From contig JAWBTQ010000004.1 in assembly GCA_038841535.1 (NCBI GenBank), forward strand, positions 1-64,000: a DNA stretch of 64,000 nucleotides, in the 5' to 3' direction. The position numbers were made by a program, and so were the translations under genes. The notes below the pieces were generated by a model that was not told where the DNA came from, made no database searches, and worked only from the letters and a program-made list of their open reading frames with translations. The first letter of the stretch is position 1. Each line of letters starts with the position of its first letter. Below are positions 58,863-64,000 of the stretch, in pieces. The stretch comes from Sulfolobales archaeon (GTDB lineage: Archaea; Thermoproteota; Thermoprotei_A; Sulfolobales; NBVN01).

Positions 58863-60209
58863 ATGGGGGTTTTACTTAGAGGCGGTGCTTTAGTATTTAG
58901 AGACGCTCTCATCGAGGCGGATATCCTAATAGAAGACGGTAAGATATCAAGAGTTGGAAGATCTGTTGACTCAGGTTACTCTAAAACCGTAGATTTGCGG
59001 GGTAAGCTCATAATGCCTGGAGCCGTCGACCCTCACGTACATGGTAGAGAGCCCGGATTAGAGTACAAAGACGATTTTCTTCATACCTCCAAAGCGGCTC
59101 TTCTTGGAGGAGTAACTACAGTACTCGAAATGCCCAACACCATTCCTCCGGTAGACAGTCCCATTAAGCTTTTTGAAAAGAAGTCTGTCTTATCAAACAG
59201 GTCTTACGTAGATTTCGGTCTTTACGCAGTACTATACGACTACGCTGACGACATAGATCGCCTAGGCTCGAGGATGGTGGAGTTAGTTGAGAGTGGTGCC
59301 ATAGCATTCAAAGCGTTTATGGCTCAAACTACTGGGAACCTTCCCCCACCTAGCTTCATGACCGTTCATACAGCACTAGAGCTCTCCAAGAAGCTAGGCT
59401 ACACTGTGGTCTTTCATGCTGAAGACCGAGGCTGTGTCGAGTTCTTCACGTCTAAGGTAAGGAAGGAGGGAAAAGGGGGTCTTCGAGCATACAGTGAAGC
59501 CAGGCCCCCGCTATGCGAGGAGTTAAGTATAGGGTACATAGCGTCTATAGCTGAAGCAACCGGTGGAAGAGCCTACATAGCTCATCTTAGTACCGCCTCA
59601 GCCTTAGGAATTATAGACAAGTATAGGAAGGCTTTGACCAGCATCAACGTTGAAGTAACACCAACATATCTGTTCTTCGACTACGAAGAGCACGAAAGTC
59701 TTGGTACACTGGTTAAAGTGAATCCACCAATAAGAAGCCATAAGAATAGAGCGAAACTTTGGGCAGCCCTAGCTAGAGGACTAATTGACGTTATAGCATC
59801 GGATCACGCACCACACGCTGAGCACGAAAAGAAGACCGACTTCTGGGAAGCAGCAGCTGGGGTGGCATCAGTACAACACCTAGTTCCCCTCATGTTGGCA
59901 TCAGCTCTAGACGGGCTCATACCTCTAGGTAAAGTAGTTGAGCTATGTTCGGAAAACCCAGCTAAAATATTCGGTCTCTATCCTATGAAGGGCTCGCTAC
60001 TACCCGGAGCGGACGCAGACATGGTCGTAATAGACCCATCAGTTGAGTACGCAATTGCGAGGGAGTCTCTAGCCTATAAAAACAAGCTTACTCCCTACAT
60101 AGGGAGGAGGCTCAGGGGGCGTATAGATAAAGTATTTCTAAGAGGAGAGCTTGTAGTAGACGGAGGCAGCGTTTTAGTAGAAAAACCTACTGGTAGGGCT
60201 CTAAAGTAA
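58863..60209 (+). CDS. Cyclic amidohydrolase (allantoinase/dihydroorotase family)
   Basis: DPHVH, EMPNT, FKAFM, HAE, KVNPPIR, SDHAPH. Confidence 0.88.
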   Translation: MGVLLRGGALVFRDALIEADILIEDGKISRVGRSVDSGYSKTVDLRGKLIMPGAVDPHVHGREPGLEYKDDFLHTSKAALLGGVTTVLEMPNTIPPVDSPIKLFEKKSVLSNRSYVDFGLYAVLYDYADDIDRLGSRMVELVESGAIAFKAFMAQTTGNLPPPSFMTVHTALELSKKLGYTVVFHAEDRGCVEFFTSKVRKEGKGGLRAYSEARPPLCEELSIGYIASIAEATGGRAYIAHLSTASALGIIDKYRKALTSINVEVTPTYLFFDYEEHESLGTLVKVNPPIRSHKNRAKLWAALARGLIDVIASDHAPHAEHEKKTDFWEAAAGVASVQHLVPLMLASALDGLIPLGKVVELCSENPAKIFGLYPMKGSLLPGADADMVVIDPSVEYAIARESLAYKNKLTPYIGRRLRGRIDKVFLRGELVVDGGSVLVEKPTGRALK

Positions 60210-60416
60210 TAGCTAGCTCGGCAAGTAAAATCAACGAATCGTATAAGTCATTACCATCCTTAAATCCCTGGAGTACTCGTTGTTATATGTTTCGTACAAT
60301 TTGTCGGATCCTCCATACTCTTTATCGATAGGATCATCTACGCGTACAGACACCTAGTTTAAGACCTAAGAAAGCCCTGTTTTACTTAATCTTATTTTCT
60401 TAGCAATAATTAATTA

Positions 60417-61289
60417 ATGGGTTCGGTAGATTTGGAGGATGTTGTACTTGTATCAACAATAATGGAGTACCTAAAGAAAGGGATGAAGGTTGCTCTTTGT
60501 GAGGTAGTATATAAAGAGGGTTCGGCTCCTAGAGATGTAGGAGCTAAGATAGTCGTCGGTGAAGATGGGCTTAAAGTAGGGACGATTGGTGGTGGTTTAT
60601 TTGAATCTGAGCTTGTATCAGACGCTCTCAAAGCTATTGCGGAGGGTAGGTCGAGGTTGGTGAAGTACTCGTTTACTGGTAAAGCTGTTGAAGGAGCGAA
60701 AGACACCGGTCTATTGTGTGGTGGGGTTCTCTGGGTCTTTATAGATGTTTTTGCGCCACCTCAGAGAGCTCTAGTTATTGGCCTAGGAAATGTTGGTAGA
60801 CCCCTATCCCACATCTTGAAGCTAATGGGTTTCGAAGTTCACGCTTTAGATACAGATAAAGAAACAGAGAGAATAGCCGGGGATTTGGGTTTGTCGTCCG
60901 TCTTCGTGGGAACTATAGAGGGAATAGCTAGTAGGATACGCGAGATCACTAAAAGAGGAGATCAGGTATTCGTAGTGTATGGAGACGTACACGCAGACTA
61001 CGTGTTTGTCAAAGAATCACTTAAAACAGAGGCAAGTACCATCTGGCTACTAGGTAGCAGAAGGAAGGTAGCCGAATTCGTTAAGAAACTAATTTCGGAG
61101 GGGTTTAGTTCCGAGGACTTAATCAGGAGATTAAGAGCTCCAATAGGTATAGATATAGGAGCTGATACTCCAGAAGAAGTAGCTATAAGCGTAGCAGCCG
61201 AGCTCGTGGCCCTGAGGCGAGGTGCTAACGCTAGGAGCCTAAACGCAGTGCCTCAGCTAGTAGCAGAACTCACGAGAAGTAGCACTTAG
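60417..61289 (+). CDS. xdhC: XdhC/CoxI family Moco insertion chaperone
   Basis: GSAPR..GAK, GTIGGG, CGG, LGSRRK, APIG.DIGA.TPEE.A.S. Confidence 0.92.
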   Translation: MGSVDLEDVVLVSTIMEYLKKGMKVALCEVVYKEGSAPRDVGAKIVVGEDGLKVGTIGGGLFESELVSDALKAIAEGRSRLVKYSFTGKAVEGAKDTGLLCGGVLWVFIDVFAPPQRALVIGLGNVGRPLSHILKLMGFEVHALDTDKETERIAGDLGLSSVFVGTIEGIASRIREITKRGDQVFVVYGDVHADYVFVKESLKTEASTIWLLGSRRKVAEFVKKLISEGFSSEDLIRRLRAPIGIDIGADTPEEVAISVAAELVALRRGANARSLNAVPQLVAELTRSST

Positions 61290-61365
61290 CTCGTACTTTT
61301 ATCGTTTGAGTAAACCTCAACTTAATTAGGCACTTTACTAAGTATATTAATGGATAGAGAACATA

Positions 61366-62436
61366 ATGATTAGCACTAAGTTGATTAAAGCTAGGCTGTC
61401 GTCCCTATCATGGCTTCTAATACTTCTAGCACTGATAACTAGCTCTCTCATTGCTTCAGCTAGTTCGAGTCTTGATAGGCACAGTCCTGATTTTCAGTAC
61501 CGCTTAACTAGCTATGGTGATGTCTGGACTCAAAACGAGGTCTTGGCTCTTACAGAGGTTTTAAATAGCTTAAAGCAGTATGGGGTAGCGCATGTCTCTA
61601 CTGCTGTCCGAGACTCTGGGGAAGTTTTAAACAAGTTGATCAGCAAGTTGCAACTCGTTGACGAGAGGATTTCACTAGCTCTAAGAAGCTTGCTAGGTTT
61701 ATCTAAAGACCTACCCGAGGACCTATCTTCGAGAATAAGTAATGTCTCTATTAGTAGTAAAAACGCAAGTCGATTGATTAAGGTAATAAACCACCTTTAT
61801 TCTAATGGAGAGCTAAGCGGTGTTGACTATTTAGTGCTTATAGGACATGTAGCTAACGAGCTCAAAGAAGGTTACGTTGAAGATTCTGAAACTATTACCA
61901 ACTTGCGGAGGGCTATTGATGAGATTTCCTCTATTATCACGAAGTCAACAATCCCACCGCTACCGGAGCCGGATATATCTTCTAGGTATAATGGGGCGGT
62001 ACTCTTAATTAAACCCATCGAAGTCCCCAAACCTGTCTTGATAGCAATTTTACTTGTCGTGCTCGTCCCTCCCGCTACACACGCTTCTCTCAGCTTCCGC
62101 ACGCGTACTTACTACTCTAAGCTTTTACGTAAAGCCCAGCTAACTTCAGACTTAATCGTTTCAAGTCTCAGTTTCCCTGAGGATACCGTTTCCGCTTACT
62201 GGGTAGCAGTAGGCATACTATCTAAAGTAATAACGGTCAATCCATGGGAAACTCATAGAGAGTTTTTAGCTAGATTAGGAAAAGAACTTAAGAATCAGCA
62301 AGTACTGTCCGTCTTTAAAACCCTTACAGAGGAATATGAGAAAGTCCGATTTGCCGGTGAAGTGGGTTCCCTAAGCCGGAAACAGTTGGTCGATATTGTG
62401 GTGTATATAGCAAACGAAGTTCGATATATAGATTGA
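61366..62436 (+). CDS. Membrane protein with DUF4129-like C-terminal domain
   Basis: Signal/TM helix, internal TM, ETHREF..LT..YEKVRF. Confidence 0.7.
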   Translation: MISTKLIKARLSSLSWLLILLALITSSLIASASSSLDRHSPDFQYRLTSYGDVWTQNEVLALTEVLNSLKQYGVAHVSTAVRDSGEVLNKLISKLQLVDERISLALRSLLGLSKDLPEDLSSRISNVSISSKNASRLIKVINHLYSNGELSGVDYLVLIGHVANELKEGYVEDSETITNLRRAIDEISSIITKSTIPPLPEPDISSRYNGAVLLIKPIEVPKPVLIAILLVVLVPPATHASLSFRTRTYYSKLLRKAQLTSDLIVSSLSFPEDTVSAYWVAVGILSKVITVNPWETHREFLARLGKELKNQQVLSVFKTLTEEYEKVRFAGEVGSLSRKQLVDIVVYIANEVRYID

Positions 62437-62520
62437 AGTCCAAAGATTTAAAGAAATTAAACATATTCAAAGATTGGTGTATTTATTCAATACAACTTTT
62501 TCCATATCGTAGGTGATACC

Positions 62521-62759
62521 ATGGCTCCTCTGAAGGCTCAAGAGTAGCGTTCGAGCTAGCGCTGAGGCCCGGTGGGAGACCACTCATGATGTTAGCTGCT
62601 ACACTTCTCGGAATAATTGCTGGACTGGTTATCGGTGAGCCGATCACCTCCACTAAGTTCCTAGGAGATATATTTCTCTACCTACTTCAATTTGTAGTCG
62701 GCCCATTAGTCTTTGTCTCAATAGCGTGGCTATTCAATAAAGGGAAGAGTGTTGCGTAG
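62521..62759 (+). pseudogene. 5' fragment of a GltP/DAACS dicarboxylate-amino acid:cation symporter
   Basis: AGGTGA SD and ATG followed by stops and a frameshift. 62586-62759 reads LLGIIAGLVIG..KFLGDIFLYLLQFVVGPLVFVSI, like TM1-2 of GltPh-type transporters. Confidence 0.7.
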
Positions 62760-62785
62760 GTGAGTTGTGGCTCTCCATGTGAGTG

Positions 62786-62913
62786 AACCGAGTTGTGGAG
62801 GTCTCAAGGTGGCCCTAAACGTTCCCGAGTTCGATGAATTTCCGGTCGGAAGGTGGGGGGAGAGATGAGTCGATGAAATCAACCCATATAGACCAATGCG
62901 AAGCTGAACCTCC
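62786..62913 (+). mobile_element. IS200/IS605 tnpB right-end/omega-RNA-like remnant, copy F
   Basis: CCGAGTTGTGGAGG..CCCTAAACGTTCCCGAGTTCGATGA..GATGAAATCAAC..GAAGCTGAACCTCC. Confidence 0.65.
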
Positions 62914-63039
62914 CTCAGGAGCTTCGCTTATCTACGTGCAATTGTTGCGTCTATATCACTTAGCGTATTCACATGAAGCACTCGGGTCAATAAACGTAAA
63001 GTTAGGTAGTGGTATCTGGGGCTAGATGGGGATATCAAG

Positions 63040-64000
63040 CTAAGGCTGTGTGTTGGATAAGTGCAGTAGGTGTACTGAGCATGATATGCACGGGTCATAG
63101 CTTCTAACGATCCTCTTAGCGATGTCGATGGCTCTAGTATCAGCACTTGCACCAAAGAGCTTGCTCATTATCACATTTTCCATCGAAGCCAGATTTTGAG
63201 CTGTTGGAGTCACTATGTTGCTATTTCGAACTCTCAGTTCTCTATCTAAGTTATACCTATGGTATAGGATCCCCCTAGGTGCTTCTGTAGCCGCTACGCA
63301 AGCACCTCTTGGTGCCGTCCTAGGTTCGGTTCTAGTAACCGACCTCTCTCGATATTCGTCGAAAAACTCCTTGAGTTCTAAGAGAGTATGGTATGTTTCA
63401 GCTATTCGAGCTACTACACTCTGGTAGATGTTCTTGAGGCTCTCTCCGTAGCCATATTCGCTAATTAGCTCTTTAGCTTCCTCCCTTAAGTACTTGTAGT
63501 AGAGATTGTACCTTGCCAGAGGTCCAACAGCGTAGGGCTCTCCAGTTATCAATCTATACCTAAGCGCATTAGAGTACCCTACCTGCTCAGTGAGTACGAA
63601 GTTCTCAAAAGCTTCTACTTTAGCAGAAGAGCCGTCATCAGCAACTACACCACTCCCAACCCACGGGTACCGGGTTCCGTTTTCTACAGCCATATACCTT
63701 AGCCTATGGACTTCAACCGGTATGCTGCCGAGGTCTAGCACGAACTTAGCTATGTCTATAAAGTCTCTTATTACTTTAGGTAGGTCATGCTTAAGTTTTT
63801 CGACTTTACTAGCACTCGGGAAACTATATACCCCACCAACACGTATGTTAAGCACGTTATGAAATCTTCCTCCTAGGGTTTCCATAACCTTTCTAGACCA
63901 GAGAACTATTTCTGTACTCTTGCTAAAGATATGTGAATAGCTTTCCGAAAGCTCTTTCAGAGAGCCGATCTCGAGAAAGTCCGGTAAGTGGAGAAGAGCT
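63040..64000 (-). CDS. [NiFe] hydrogenase large subunit, probably group 3b (5' end outside window)
   Basis: VGPLAR, EAPRGILYH.Y, IVTPTAQN, RSYDPCISCSVH plus a cleavable C-terminal tail. Confidence 0.92.
   Translation of the reverse strand, partial: ALLHLPDFLEIGSLKELSESYSHIFSKSTEIVLWSRKVMETLGGRFHNVLNIRVGGVYSFPSASKVEKLKHDLPKVIRDFIDIAKFVLDLGSIPVEVHRLRYMAVENGTRYPWVGSGVVADDGSSAKVEAFENFVLTEQVGYSNALRYRLITGEPYAVGPLARYNLYYKYLREEAKELISEYGYGESLKNIYQSVVARIAETYHTLLELKEFFDEYRERSVTRTEPRTAPRGACVAATEAPRGILYHRYNLDRELRVRNSNIVTPTAQNLASMENVIMSKLFGASADTRAIDIAKRIVRSYDPCISCSVHLLHLSNTQP

Noticed and set aside
80-63862. Numerous antisense shadow ORFs inside core genes
   Set aside because: They are fully nested opposite well-supported genes, as expected from codon bias.
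1-64000. Genome-wide stop-codon reassignment linked to the odd aRF1
   Set aside because: TAA, TAG and TGA all terminate conserved genes at their expected C-termini.

Overview
Archaeal chromosomal window from a thermophilic crenarchaeon (Thermoprotei, most like Desulfurococcales), judged by thermosome, A1Ao ATP synthase, class V FBP aldolase/phosphatase, aRF1 with NIKL, TFS2-like factor, Ced genes and GGTGA Shine-Dalgarno sites. It is mostly core genes: glyA, moaD/moeA, tRNA-Glu, aRF1, thermosome, ATP synthase operon, tpiA, fbp, a type IV pilus locus with a large surface protein, rfcS/rfcL, orc1/cdc6, cedA1/cedA, a cstA-ArsA operon, thrS, an ABC exporter, pcc1, a xanthine-dehydrogenase-family cluster and a NiFe hydrogenase large subunit. 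Intergenic DNA holds three C/D box sRNA candidates and at least six degenerate copies of an IS200/IS605 (tnpB) end-derived element with no tnpB or tnpA ORF in the window. The most unusual locus is aRF1. Its conserved N-terminus has no in-frame start codon and is preceded by an out-of-frame GTG-TCG-AGC-ATT-TAG-CTT-TGA cassette; a +1 slip at either stop enters the aRF1 frame, resembling bacterial prfB autoregulation. A GC-rich hairpin follows, and the catalytic GGQ reads GGW. The convergent TFS2-like gene appears to start at ACG. An assembly error cannot be excluded for the single-base features. All calls are by eye, without database searches.
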